From NCBI GenBank assembly GCA_903892515.1, contig CAITIS010000067.1, positions 1,347 through 65,346 of the forward strand: a stretch of 64,000 nucleotides of DNA, read 5' to 3'. A program made the position numbers and the translations under genes. Positions 37,897-47,623 of this stretch are shown in pieces (position 1 is the stretch's first letter; every line of letters begins with the position of its first letter). Below the pieces are notes generated by a model that was given only the letters and a program-made list of their open reading frames with translations, did no database searches and was not told the origin of the DNA. The DNA comes from an uncultured Planctomycetota bacterium. GTDB lineage: Bacteria > Planctomycetota > Phycisphaerae > SM23-33.

Positions 37897-38592
37897 TCAC
37901 CGCATGACCCATTCCTTCTTTTCCAACTGCGGGGTATTGGCCGACCGGGCCGCCGCCTCGCCGGGCAACCAGAAATGCAACTGCAGCGTCTTGGCCAGGA
38001 TGGCCTCGTCGGTGGTAGTTTCCTGCTTGTTGCCCTCGGCATCGATGACCGTGACCTTCACGGGCTCGGGCAACTTGACCTTGACTCGCTCGCCGGACAT
38101 GCCGCCGATGAAGATGTCAAAGCTGCGGGCGTTGGGGTCGATGTCGCGCCAAATGGCCACGCCGCCCTTGAAGTTGTCCTGGCCCTGGAGAATCTTGCCG
38201 GTAATGTGGGCCTGATCCAGCAGGAGCGGATCGTTGTGACGCTTCTGGATGGCTGTGAAAACCTCGCTGGGCACCTTTTCGCCGGCGCGAAGGATCTGGC
38301 CGGTGTCGGTGTACAGCACGAAATCAGGCACAAAAATCTGATCCTTGCCCGTCTCGTTGGTCACGCGGTACAGCACGTACCAGAAGGTCTGGGGCTTGGT
38401 CTCGCCGGCCAGGCACAGCGTGATGGGCTGAGGATTCTGGTAGTCCAGCTTCAGTTCCCAGCTTGCCGGGACGATCCGCGGCTTGGGCAGCGTGGCCGCA
38501 GGGCTCTTTTCAGCAGGGGCCGTCGTCGGCTCTGCCATCGCCATGCCGGCAACGATCGCCACGGCCGCGACCCAGATAATAATTCTGTTCAT
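37897..38592 (-). CDS. Secreted hypothetical protein
   Basis: Signal peptide MNRIIIWVAAVAIVAGMAMA. AGGAG RBS. No family recognised. Confidence 0.55.
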   Translation of the reverse strand: MNRIIIWVAAVAIVAGMAMAEPTTAPAEKSPAATLPKPRIVPASWELKLDYQNPQPITLCLAGETKPQTFWYVLYRVTNETGKDQIFVPDFVLYTDTGQILRAGEKVPSEVFTAIQKRHNDPLLLDQAHITGKILQGQDNFKGGVAIWRDIDPNARSFDIFIGGMSGERVKVKLPEPVKVTVIDAEGNKQETTTDEAILAKTLQLHFWLPGEAAARSANTPQLEKKEWVMR

Positions 38593-38780
38593 GCTGACTC
38601 CTTGATGACGCAAGCGACGCGCCGCCCTAAAGGTATGACGCCGCCATGCGAATGTCAACATCGGCAACTCGTGCGTCGGGCCGTTAGTCCTCAGGCCACG
38701 GTGAAATACTGGGCCCTATAAAGCTAATTGCCCCTGGTTGGGCCATTGAGCCCGCCGCCCAAGCAGCGTACCATGCCACG

Positions 38781-39692
38781 ATGTCTGTTCTTGAAGCCGT
38801 ACCGCCGTCGAAGCTTCGAGCGGCCCTTGCGCTGCTCGTCGGCGGAGAGTCCCCCACCGCTTCCCGCAAGGTCGACCAGTTCGAAAAGCTTCTCATCGGT
38901 CCCGAGGCCGCCAAGAGCACGTTCTGGTGGGCACGCACGCCCGACGGCCCCCAGGTGGCCGTGCTGATCGTCCACACCCCTGGCCGGGTTGGCATGGTCT
39001 TTCAAGGGCCGCCATATTCCCGTCAGCAGGAACTCCTGGCCAGCCTGATAGACCGCACCAGCCGCGAGGCGCTCGCCCAGCCGCTATCACTCGTGCAGGC
39101 GCTGCTTGAAGAATCGGCCGTACTGGCGCGACAAGCTTACCTCCAGGCCGGCTTTGTGGACTTGGCCCGCCTGGCGTATTTGCAGCGCCGGCTTGAGGAC
39201 GCCGCCGACCTCCCCGCCAGCCTGATCACGTATCGCACGCCTCCGAAGTTTTCGTTGGATGAACTGGCCGCCCTGCTGGAGCAGACCTATGAGGACTCCC
39301 TGGACTGCCCGGGCCTTCAAGGCCTGCGCCGGTCCTCGGACATCATCGTAAGTCACCAGAACACAGGCGTATACGACCCCGCGCTGTGGCGAATCGCCTT
39401 TGAGGGATCTGAGCCGATTGGCTGTGTGCTGATGAACGTTGTGTCGCCGGCCAACCGGAGCGTCGAGGTGGTGTACATCGGGCTGCGGAAGGCATGGCGA
39501 GGCCGGGGTCTGGGCCGCCAGATGCTGCAAGACGCAATGGCACTTGCCCACGCCAAAGGCCAGCGAAGCATGTACTTAGCGGCCGATGCCTCCAACGTGC
39601 CCGCCATGGGACTGTATCGTTCGCTGGGTTTTGTGCCGTTGCAGCATCGGCTAGTCTTGATCCGCGCGAATCGGGAGATCTCGGAAAAATAG
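38781..39692 (+). CDS. GNAT-family N-acetyltransferase
   Basis: C-terminal GNAT core: VEVVYIGLRKAWRGRGLGRQMLQDAMALAHAKG...GLYRSLGF. Confidence 0.7.
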   Translation: MSVLEAVPPSKLRAALALLVGGESPTASRKVDQFEKLLIGPEAAKSTFWWARTPDGPQVAVLIVHTPGRVGMVFQGPPYSRQQELLASLIDRTSREALAQPLSLVQALLEESAVLARQAYLQAGFVDLARLAYLQRRLEDAADLPASLITYRTPPKFSLDELAALLEQTYEDSLDCPGLQGLRRSSDIIVSHQNTGVYDPALWRIAFEGSEPIGCVLMNVVSPANRSVEVVYIGLRKAWRGRGLGRQMLQDAMALAHAKGQRSMYLAADASNVPAMGLYRSLGFVPLQHRLVLIRANREISEK

Positions 39693-39932
39693 GCGGTTCC
39701 CATCACGTGGACGAATTGTGGACAACATGTGCGTGAAAAAAAACTTGTGCCCCCGCCAACCGCTGGATCATGGCCACTGAAGGGCTGTGCATAACATTCC
39801 AGCCAAGTGCTACATTGACCGAGTGCAACAAGGGCAGTACATTATCCCCCTATTAGCCGGTCGTTAAGGAATCGCAACGGCTTCTGTTCGTTGCGATGAC
39901 TGGCCCGTCGCTGATTCCAAAGGAAGGATCCT

Positions 39933-41354
39933 ATGACCATCACAGGGAATGTCTGCGCGCCCAGCGAGCTATCGAGCACGCTGCTGGAACTCGTGCAGAA
40001 AAAGATAGGTGTCCAGAAGTTTGAAGCCTGGTTCAAGCACGGCGCGAGCGTGAAGTTGGAAGAAAATTGCGTAAAGATCGGCGCACCGAATCCATTCGTG
40101 GCCGGATGGATTGAAAGCCACTTCGCCGACGTCATTATCGACGCGGCGCAGGAGATCGCAGGCCAGCGCCCACGCCTCGTCATCAACGTGGACCCCGTGC
40201 TCTCAGGCAGCCTGCGCAAACGCCAACTCGACGCCCAGGCCAGGCTGGTCAGCCGCTCAACCAGCGGCCAGGCTCGTCATTCCGGCCCGGCCCCGACCCG
40301 CCAGCGGCTGCGGTACACGCTTAAGGATTTCATTGTCGGGCCGTGCAACCAGTTGGCCTTCACCGCCGCCGAAACGGTCGCCAAGACCGGCAAGGGCCCG
40401 TTTAACCCGCTGTTTATTCACGGCACGTGCGGCGTGGGCAAGACACACCTGCTTCAGGGCATCTGCAACGGCGTGGCGTCGCTGACGCAGGAAGGCAAGG
40501 ACCTGAACTGGAAGTACACCACGGCCGAGCAGTTCACCAACGAGTTTGTCAACGCCATCCGCACGAAGAAGCTCGAGACCTTCCGCCGCTCGTATCGCGA
40601 CCTGGATGTTCTGGTGATCGACGACGTGCACTTCCTCTCGGGCAAGAAGGCCACGCAGGAGGAATTCCTGCACACCTTCAACAGCATCGACGCCGCCGGC
40701 AGGCAGGTCATCATGGCCTCGGATGCCCATCCGCGTATGGTCGGCCAGTTGGCTGAGCAGCTGGTCAGCCGGTTCCTGTCGGGCATGGTTGTAAAGATCG
40801 AAACCCCCGACCGCGCCACGCGCCTGACGATCCTGCAGAAATTCGCCGCCCGGCTGAATCTGAATTGCCCGCTGGAGGTGCTGGAATACGTGGCCGACCA
40901 GATTCGCGGCTCGGTCCGCGAGCTGGAGGGCGCGCTGGTCAAGCTTTCGGCCTTGATGCAACTGACGCACCGCCAGGGCAGTCTCGACCTGGCGCGAGAA
41001 GCGCTGGCCGAGCACCTGTCCCACACGGGCAGTGCGACCAGCCTGGGCGAGATCGAGGCCGTAGTGTCGTCATTCTTCGGCATCACTCCGGCGGACATCC
41101 ACTCGACGCGGCGGACGCACACAATCAGCTTGGCCAGGTCGCTGGCCATGTACCTGGCCCGTCGGCGGACGCACATGAGCTATCCCGAGATCGGGCGGTT
41201 CATGGGCAAGAATCACTCCTCGGCGGTACTGGCCGTGCAGAAGCTGGAGCGGCTGGCCAAAGACAACAAGCCTTGCCGCTGGATGTCGGCAGCGGGGCCC
41301 AAAGAAATGCCGATTCGCAGTATGCTGGAATTGCTGACCGAACAGGTTGGCTAA
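39933..41354 (+). CDS. dnaA: Chromosomal replication initiator protein DnaA
   Basis: AAA+ Walker A GTCGVGKTHLLQ. Box VII. C-terminal DNA-binding HTH (SYPEIGRFMGKNHSSAVLAVQK). Confidence 0.9.
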   Translation: MTITGNVCAPSELSSTLLELVQKKIGVQKFEAWFKHGASVKLEENCVKIGAPNPFVAGWIESHFADVIIDAAQEIAGQRPRLVINVDPVLSGSLRKRQLDAQARLVSRSTSGQARHSGPAPTRQRLRYTLKDFIVGPCNQLAFTAAETVAKTGKGPFNPLFIHGTCGVGKTHLLQGICNGVASLTQEGKDLNWKYTTAEQFTNEFVNAIRTKKLETFRRSYRDLDVLVIDDVHFLSGKKATQEEFLHTFNSIDAAGRQVIMASDAHPRMVGQLAEQLVSRFLSGMVVKIETPDRATRLTILQKFAARLNLNCPLEVLEYVADQIRGSVRELEGALVKLSALMQLTHRQGSLDLAREALAEHLSHTGSATSLGEIEAVVSSFFGITPADIHSTRRTHTISLARSLAMYLARRRTHMSYPEIGRFMGKNHSSAVLAVQKLERLAKDNKPCRWMSAAGPKEMPIRSMLELLTEQVG

Positions 41355-41400
41355 ACGAGATGCACGCCGGATGGATGCCGGCGTGCTGTTGCCTCAAGGA

Positions 41401-41440
41401 CGGGCGCCCGAGCAAGGACGCTCGGGCGCCGGTATTTTTC
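41401..41440 (+). terminator. Rho-independent terminator after dnaA
   Basis: cgggcgcccgagc-aaggac-gctcgggcgcc followed by ggtattttt. Confidence 0.6.
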
Positions 41441-41542
41441 CCCCACATAAACTCTTTAGTCCGCCGAACAGCGCATTTCAATTCGACGCTACAATATCTA
41501 CTGCCTCCACGCTGAAAGCGCTGGCCGCTAGATATGGAATGA

Positions 41543-42829
41543 TTGATGCCGCAATGGCTTATCGATTTTTCACAAAATATCCTGCCCTGGCTGGGTCAGA
41601 GGCTCCCGGATTTGCCGCGCGAGTTCTGGACTGTGCTGGCGGAGATGTCGCCCTACCTGCTCTTTGGCTTTCTTGCCGCCGGCATGCTGTCGGTGCTGAT
41701 CCGGCCTGAAGTCGTCGAAAAGCACCTGGGCGGCAAGGGCATCTGGCCCGTGCTGAAGGCCTCGGCTTTTGGCGTGCCGCTGCCGCTGTGTTCCTGCGGA
41801 GTGATCCCGGTGGCAGCATCGTTGCGCCGACACGGCGCCAGTCGGGGCTCGACCATTGCATTTCTGATATCTACGCCCATGACGGGCGTGGACAGCATCT
41901 TCGCCACCTTCAGCCTGCTGGGGCTGACGTTCGCCATCTTCCGCCCGATTTCGGCCCTGATCAGCGGCGTGCTGGGCGGCATGGCCGTCGACTTGGCCGA
42001 CCGCAAAAGCAGCCAGTTCGGCACGGGCTGGCAGGAACCGCCGGCCGCGGACGATGGCAAGCCAAAGTGGAGACAAATACTCAGCTACGGCTTTGGCACG
42101 CTGCCGCAAGACATCGGCAAGAGCATGATCGTGGGCCTGTTCATCGCCGCGATCATGTCGGCCTTGATTCCGCGCGACTACTTCGCCGGCAGTCTTGGCA
42201 CGGGCTTCGGGGCCATGCTGGTGATGATGCTCATCGGCATCCCCGTCTACGTCTGCGCCACCGCCAGCGTGCCGGTAGCGGCGGCGTTGGTAATGGCGGG
42301 GATTTCGCCCGGAGCGGCGCTGGTGTTCCTCATGACCGGCCCGGCCACGAATGCGGCCACCATCGCGACAATCTGGAAGGTGCTGGGGCGGCGTTCGGCC
42401 ATCATCTACCTGCTCAGCATCGCTGTAACGGCCTTGGCGTCGGGGCTGACGCTGGACTACATCGTGCGGTTCCAGGGCGAGATGAGCCACGAGCACATGC
42501 ACAACATGATTCCACCGCTGGCGAACAACATCTGCGGCCTGGTGCTGCTGGCCGTGCTTGCCCGCGGCGTGTACAAGTCGCTCGTGGCCGGAAGGCCTCA
42601 CGACGCATCAGAAGGAGACGCCATGCCTCAAGCCACTCTACAGATAGACGGAATGACGTGCAGCCACTGCGCCGCGGCCGTGGAAAGAGCCCTCAAGGGC
42701 TGCAAGGGCGTCACCGGCGCCCGCGTCGATCTGGCGGGTAAACGGGCCGAAGTCTCAGGCGAGGCCTTTGCTACCGTTGAGCTGCGCCAAGCCGTCGAGT
42801 CTCTCGGCTACAAGGTTCTCAATCCCTAA
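41543..42829 (+). CDS. SO_0444-family (DUF318) permease fused to a C-terminal HMA heavy-metal-binding domain; putative Cu/Zn efflux
   Basis: Polytopic permease with CSCG motif. C-terminal GMTCSHCAAAVERAL (HMA fold). Confidence 0.7.
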   Translation: MMPQWLIDFSQNILPWLGQRLPDLPREFWTVLAEMSPYLLFGFLAAGMLSVLIRPEVVEKHLGGKGIWPVLKASAFGVPLPLCSCGVIPVAASLRRHGASRGSTIAFLISTPMTGVDSIFATFSLLGLTFAIFRPISALISGVLGGMAVDLADRKSSQFGTGWQEPPAADDGKPKWRQILSYGFGTLPQDIGKSMIVGLFIAAIMSALIPRDYFAGSLGTGFGAMLVMMLIGIPVYVCATASVPVAAALVMAGISPGAALVFLMTGPATNAATIATIWKVLGRRSAIIYLLSIAVTALASGLTLDYIVRFQGEMSHEHMHNMIPPLANNICGLVLLAVLARGVYKSLVAGRPHDASEGDAMPQATLQIDGMTCSHCAAAVERALKGCKGVTGARVDLAGKRAEVSGEAFATVELRQAVESLGYKVLNP

Positions 42830-42840
42830 TACTACAACGC

Positions 42841-42960
42841 TACGAAATTCAGACCCGAAGGGTCGGTACTACTGTAGCCGGGGGGCGTAAGCCCCCGGTG
42901 TGCATGGGCTTGTGCCTGAGCCCCGAAGGGGCGACACAGTTGGCTTGCCCAACAACTCTG
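42841..42960. repeat. GC-rich hairpin array (at least 4 stem-loops) preceding the family-4 and family-1 repeat copies
   Basis: gaccc-gaa-gggtc; ccggggg-gcgtaag-cccccgg; gcccc-gaa-ggggc; gcccc-gtc-ggggc. Confidence 0.5.
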
Positions 42961-42961
42961 T

Positions 42962-43045
42962 CGCCCCGTCGGGGCTCTGTGCCACTGGGGCGGTCTCCGT
43001 GGGCTCGCGCCCACGGCTACAATCGTTCCGGCCCTCCGGGCCTCC
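42962..43045. repeat. Family-4 hairpin element (intergenic copy; paralogue of the copy inside GT4 at 2869-2957)
   Basis: Shared 3' block ggctacaatcgttccggccctYcgggcctc. ccgtgggc-tcgc-gcccacgg. Confidence 0.6.
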
Positions 43046-43088
43046 AATCCAGTCGCAATGCCAAGACTCCATTCGTGCGGTTTGCCCC

Positions 43089-43130
43089 GTGGCACAGCCG
43101 CCCTCGGCTGTGGCTGTTGCGGCCACATCG
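43089..43130 (+). repeat. REP family-1 copy
   Basis: gtggcacagccgccctcggctgtgg plus conserved flank ctgttgcggccacat. Confidence 0.75.
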
Positions 43131-43225
43131 CTCGCGCGGTTTCACTCCCTCTCGCCCACTCTGCATCGCCTATGATTCATTGGCAGGCGGCAAGGCTTGA
43201 AAGATTCGGCTGGGTGAGAGCAATC

Positions 43226-43549
43226 ATGACATGGCCGCCATCGACAGTCAGGCTCAAGATCGTTCGCAAAGGCAGTGTGTGGTGCAGTTTTACGCTTCCG
43301 CTGGTTCTGCTGGCTCCGGCCCTGATGGCCTTGCCGGTTTTCATGCTGGCAGAGGCGGTCTTGGCGCTGCCGGCAATTGTGGTTGTGTGTGTCCAGCCGC
43401 CTGGGCTGATGGTCCGCCTCAAACGGGTTGCTAAGTTTCTCTTTACCGCGGGCGTGCTGCGGGAGGTGCTGGCCATGCTCGTCTACGTCAAGGGGCTGAA
43501 GATTCACTATGAAACGAGCACAGATACGTTTCTTGTCGAACTGAGGTGA
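43226..43549 (+). CDS. Small membrane protein (2-3 TM helices)
   Basis: Likely true start MTWPPST at 43226. The N-terminal part of the listed ORF runs through REP repeats and is probably not coding. Confidence 0.4.
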   Translation: MTWPPSTVRLKIVRKGSVWCSFTLPLVLLAPALMALPVFMLAEAVLALPAIVVVCVQPPGLMVRLKRVAKFLFTAGVLREVLAMLVYVKGLKIHYETSTDTFLVELR

Positions 43550-43552
43550 GTC

Positions 43553-44005
43553 ATGGACTCTGAACGCAAGCGAATCGTTGACATGTTGGAGCAGGGCAAA
43601 CTCAGCCCGGATCAGGCCGAAAGGCTGCTGACGGCGCTGGGGCAGGAACCCGAGCCGCACGGAGGGGTAGCCGTCGTGGTCGAAGAGACTCCAAAGGTCG
43701 AAACGACCGGCTCAGGCACACACCCCAATCAGTACCTGCACATCCTGGTTGAAAAAGCCAACAGCACCACCGACGGCGGCGAGAAGATCAACATCCGCGT
43801 GCCGCTGCGGCTGCTCAAGGCCGGGGTGAAACTGGGCAACCTGCTGCCAGAGAGATACCGCGACAAGATCCGGATAGCCTTGGAAAAACGCGGCTACAAG
43901 TCTGGCGGAAAAGGCGACATCTGGGACGCCATCGTCGAGAAGATCGGCGACATCTCCGTGGATGTTGAGACCGCCGGCGACCGCGTCCGCGTGTATTGCG
44001 ATTAG
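43553..44005 (+). CDS. Hypothetical protein with N-terminal SHOCT-like helix and DUF4097/'toastrack'-like C-terminal domain
   Basis: KRIVDMLEQGKLSPDQAERLLTAL. Beta-rich C-terminus (INIRVPLRLLKAGVKLGNLL...VDVETAGDRVRV). Confidence 0.45.
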   Translation: MDSERKRIVDMLEQGKLSPDQAERLLTALGQEPEPHGGVAVVVEETPKVETTGSGTHPNQYLHILVEKANSTTDGGEKINIRVPLRLLKAGVKLGNLLPERYRDKIRIALEKRGYKSGGKGDIWDAIVEKIGDISVDVETAGDRVRVYCD

Positions 44006-44055
44006 CGGCGGCAAGAGCCCAGAATAGTGGCTATCGCGCTGCTCTTGGTGATGCC

Positions 44056-45609
44056 ATGATCGACGCATTGATCATCGGGGCCGGACCAGTCGGGTTGAGC
44101 ATGGCCATCGGGCTGACCCGGCAGGGCTTGAATTATCGGATCATCGACATGGGAACCGGGCCGGTGCCCGAGTCTCGTGCCATCGGCATCCAGGCCCGAA
44201 CACTGGAGATGCTGGAGATGGCCGGGGTGGTCGAGCCCTTCATCGAGCAGGGCCATCCGCTCCGGGGCTTCATCCTTCACGGCCCCGAAGGCCGCCAACT
44301 CGGCAGCTTGAGCTTTGAACACATAAAGAGTCGCTATCCATTCATCCTGGCCCTGCCGCAGAATGACACGGAGCGGATTCTGACCGAGCATCTGCGCCGC
44401 TTGGGCGTGCAGGTCGAGCGGCTGACGAAGCTCCTCTCTTTCCGCCAGGACCAGGACCAGGTCACCGCCCAAATCCAGCGGCCTGACGGCGGCATTGAAG
44501 ACGTGACGTGCCAGTGGCTCTTAGGCTGCGATGGCATCCATAGCCGCGTCCGCGAGGTGTTGGCTCTGCAATTCCCCGGCAAGACGTACGATCTGCGCTT
44601 CATCCTGGCCGACTGCCACGCCGAAATGGAGCTGAGCGACGACCATGCCCATGGCTTCGCGCATCGCACCAGCCTGGTGGCCATCTTCCCGCTTGGTCAC
44701 GCGCGGCACCGGCTGGTGGCCGCTGATCCCCCCGCCTGTTTCGACTGGCAGAGAAAGCCCACGCTGGCGGAATGGCAGGAGCTTGTGGACGCCCGGGCCA
44801 GCGTTCCGATACGCCTGAGCGAGCCCAAGTGGACGACGTTCTTCCGCGTGCAATGCCGGCTGGTGGATCGCCTCAAGAGAGGGCGCGTCTTCGTGCTGGG
44901 CGACGCCGCTCACGTCCACAGCCCGGCGCTGGCCCAGGGCATGAACACCGGCATGCAGGACGCGTGGAACCTGGGATGGAAACTGGGGCTCGTGCGTAAA
45001 GGCCTGGCCAAGCCAGAGCTGCTCGATTCGTTCGAGGCAGAACGCCTGCCGGTGGAGCGTCGCGTGCTGGATATCACGGATTTCACGCAGAATGTAGTCG
45101 GCGCTACGGATCGGTTCCGACAGGCGGCGCGTGATCTGTTGGCGCCGCTGTTTACGCGCTCGGTGGCGGTGCAACGACGGATCAGCCTGATCGTCAGCGA
45201 ACTGGGCGTCAACTACCATGACAGTCCGATTGTTGAGGATCACCACTTGCCCCACGGGCCTAAAGCCGGCCAGCGTGCGCCTGACGCGATCGTGGCAGGC
45301 CGCGACGGCATGCCAGTTCACCTGATGCCGCTGCTGGGGCGGAATCACGTGCTCTTGACTGTGGATGCCGACCTCTCCTCGCCTGCACTCAAGGAAATTG
45401 CGCAAGACTACGCCGGAATCGTCGATGTTCAGGCACTGACGATCGACGCGGCCGGGACAAGCGTCTATGGCAACACGCCTGCGTTCTATTTGATTCGCCC
45501 CGATGGCCACGTGGCCTTCCGCTGCGGGGCCCAGCACCCGGAATTATTGCGGGCCTATCTTGGAAGAATGTTGGCTGTGGCGGGCGTGAGCCAGCTTCAG
45601 CATGCCTGA
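44056..45609 (+). CDS. FAD-dependent aromatic-ring monooxygenase (UbiH/PheA-like)
   Basis: MIDALIIGAGPVGLSMAIGL (GxGxxG). DG motif. GD motif VFVLGDAAHVHSPALAQGMNTGMQDAWNLGWKL. Confidence 0.8.
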   Translation: MIDALIIGAGPVGLSMAIGLTRQGLNYRIIDMGTGPVPESRAIGIQARTLEMLEMAGVVEPFIEQGHPLRGFILHGPEGRQLGSLSFEHIKSRYPFILALPQNDTERILTEHLRRLGVQVERLTKLLSFRQDQDQVTAQIQRPDGGIEDVTCQWLLGCDGIHSRVREVLALQFPGKTYDLRFILADCHAEMELSDDHAHGFAHRTSLVAIFPLGHARHRLVAADPPACFDWQRKPTLAEWQELVDARASVPIRLSEPKWTTFFRVQCRLVDRLKRGRVFVLGDAAHVHSPALAQGMNTGMQDAWNLGWKLGLVRKGLAKPELLDSFEAERLPVERRVLDITDFTQNVVGATDRFRQAARDLLAPLFTRSVAVQRRISLIVSELGVNYHDSPIVEDHHLPHGPKAGQRAPDAIVAGRDGMPVHLMPLLGRNHVLLTVDADLSSPALKEIAQDYAGIVDVQALTIDAAGTSVYGNTPAFYLIRPDGHVAFRCGAQHPELLRAYLGRMLAVAGVSQLQHA

Positions 45610-45618
45610 GCGGGCAAT

Positions 45619-47580
45619 CTACCCCAGATGCCCCGGCCGGTAGTGGACGCGCAGCCGCGACTGGCCATCGGCGGCGCCGAAGATGGGCACGCGCAGGCGG
45701 GATCGTTTGAAATAGCTCAGGCGCTGCTTGTCCAGGCGGTAATAGTACAAGGGCAGGTCGATCAGAAGTTCCGACGGCCCCGCCGGCACGTCGACGACCA
45801 CCAATAGCGGAAAGGTCGGTCGGCTGATGGTTCGGTCCGTCAAACCGGCCGACAGGATCGCGCCGTTGGGAGAGAACACCCGCACGGTGTTGGCCGCCGT
45901 CGGGTTTATCGCCAGCCCGGCCGGCAAGTCCAGGGCGATAGACAGCGTCACGGGCCCCGGCAGCACGGTCTGGAGCGGCATGTCCTTGATGAGGTCGCCG
46001 GTCGCTTCTGTTTCGCCCGTCTCGGCCGATTCCTCCAAGCCCTGCACGTGCAGCGTGGCGACCTCGCCCGTGATCAGGTCCAACGTGCGAACGGCGCTGG
46101 TGTTCGTGTCGGCCACATACAGCTTCTCGCCGGAGAGCCCCAGCCCGGCCGGTTCGTGAAAGCCGCCCGGAATGCCGTCTTCCAAACCGCTCTGTCCTGA
46201 GCCCGCCAGTGTGCGGCACGTCTGCGAGGCTAGGTCGATGAGCTTGATCTTGTTGTTGTAGGTGTCGGCCACGTACAGCCTGTTGTCGTGATAGGCCAGG
46301 CCCATGGGGTGCTGCAGTCGGGTGGTCGCGGCCGAGCCGTCCACGTCGCCGAAGTCAAACAGATCCCCTCCGACAATCGTTCGCACTTGCCTGCTCTGCA
46401 AGTCTATTTCGCGGATGCTGCTGGTTTCGCTGTCAGCCACGTACAGTCGCCGGCCATCCGTCGCCAGGCCGGAGGGCTCGGCAAAGGCCGCCTGTTCAAC
46501 CGGGCCGTCCACGCGGGCCTCTTCGCCGGTGCCGGCAAACGCCTCGATGCGGCCAGTGTCCAGGGCAAGCCGCCAGATTTGATGGCTGCCCGCGTTGGCG
46601 ATGTACAGCCAGTGCCCCGCGGCCGCCAAGTCCCACGGCACGTTCAGCGATGTCAGCTTTCCCGCCCCGGCATGGGCAGGCTTCTTCGCCTGCCGACCAG
46701 TGCCGGCCACCGTGACGACGGTGTTCATTTCGATATTGACGGCGCGAATCGCGTGGTTGCCGGCATCGGCCACATACAACAGCCCATCGACCAGCGCCAA
46801 GCCTTGCGGATTGCAGAACTCGCAGCAGCTAGAGTCGCCGTCGGAGAAGCCTTCCATGCCGCTGCCGATGGTCATCTGCAACCGCTGGTCCTCCAGGCCG
46901 ATGACGAGGATGCGATGATGATTGGAGTCCGACACGAACAGCCGATTGAGAATCGGATCGACCAGCAGCTTGCCAGGAAACGCCAGCGCCGTCGCGGGTG
47001 ACGACACGGCGTCGGGCCCGACGCTCAGCGGCGTGCGGTCGAGCCGGCGCTTCTTCTCGAAGGTCTGCACGACCATCGAGATCAATTCGTCGAAGGGTTC
47101 ATAGATGTCCTGGCCCGCCATCGACCAGACGACCTTGCCCAGCGGATCCAGCAGCACGGCGGTCGGCCAGACCTTCACGCCATAGCGGCTCCACAGGACC
47201 ATGTCGGCGTCATTGATCACCGGGTGCTCAATCTCGAATCGCAGGATGGCCTTGCGGATGTTCTCGCCCTGGGTTTCCTGCGAAAACTTCCCGGAATGCA
47301 CGCCGACCACGACCAGTTCGGAGGGGTACTTCCTTTCGAGACGCTTGAGTTCCGGCAGGATGCTTAGGCAACTGACGCGGCAGTACGCCCAGAACCCCAG
47401 CAGCACCACCTTGCCCCGCAGTTCGCGCAGATGCAGAGGCCGATCCACGTTCAGCCACTCCAGATCCTCTGGGAAATCCGGGGCCGATAACTTCCCTTCG
47501 TAGCTCTGCATACTCACGGTTTGGTCTCCTATCGATTGTACATCGACAATCGACAGGTCGTTTGCCGGGTATTCCCCCAA
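45619..47580 (-). CDS. Thioredoxin-like (redoxin) domain plus NHL-repeat beta-propeller protein (NHLRC2-like)
   Basis: VLLGFWAYCRVSC redoxin motif. Repeated NHL units (LYVADAGNHAIR, LYIANAGSHQIWR, LYVADSETSSIREI, LYVADTYNNKIKLI, LYVADTNTSAVRTL). Confidence 0.7.
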   Translation of the reverse strand: MGEYPANDLSIVDVQSIGDQTVSMQSYEGKLSAPDFPEDLEWLNVDRPLHLRELRGKVVLLGFWAYCRVSCLSILPELKRLERKYPSELVVVGVHSGKFSQETQGENIRKAILRFEIEHPVINDADMVLWSRYGVKVWPTAVLLDPLGKVVWSMAGQDIYEPFDELISMVVQTFEKKRRLDRTPLSVGPDAVSSPATALAFPGKLLVDPILNRLFVSDSNHHRILVIGLEDQRLQMTIGSGMEGFSDGDSSCCEFCNPQGLALVDGLLYVADAGNHAIRAVNIEMNTVVTVAGTGRQAKKPAHAGAGKLTSLNVPWDLAAAGHWLYIANAGSHQIWRLALDTGRIEAFAGTGEEARVDGPVEQAAFAEPSGLATDGRRLYVADSETSSIREIDLQSRQVRTIVGGDLFDFGDVDGSAATTRLQHPMGLAYHDNRLYVADTYNNKIKLIDLASQTCRTLAGSGQSGLEDGIPGGFHEPAGLGLSGEKLYVADTNTSAVRTLDLITGEVATLHVQGLEESAETGETEATGDLIKDMPLQTVLPGPVTLSIALDLPAGLAINPTAANTVRVFSPNGAILSAGLTDRTISRPTFPLLVVVDVPAGPSELLIDLPLYYYRLDKQRLSYFKRSRLRVPIFGAADGQSRLRVHYRPGHLG

Positions 47581-47623
47581 TTTCGAAACAAGTCAGGGCC
47601 GGCGATGGACTTGGGCGGAGGAT

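Noticed and set aside
39727-39850. Definitive DnaA boxes / oriC call
   Set aside because: Only 1-2-mismatch matches to TTATCCACA were seen by eye. The lineage-specific box consensus is unknown, so the origin is reported as a hypothesis only.
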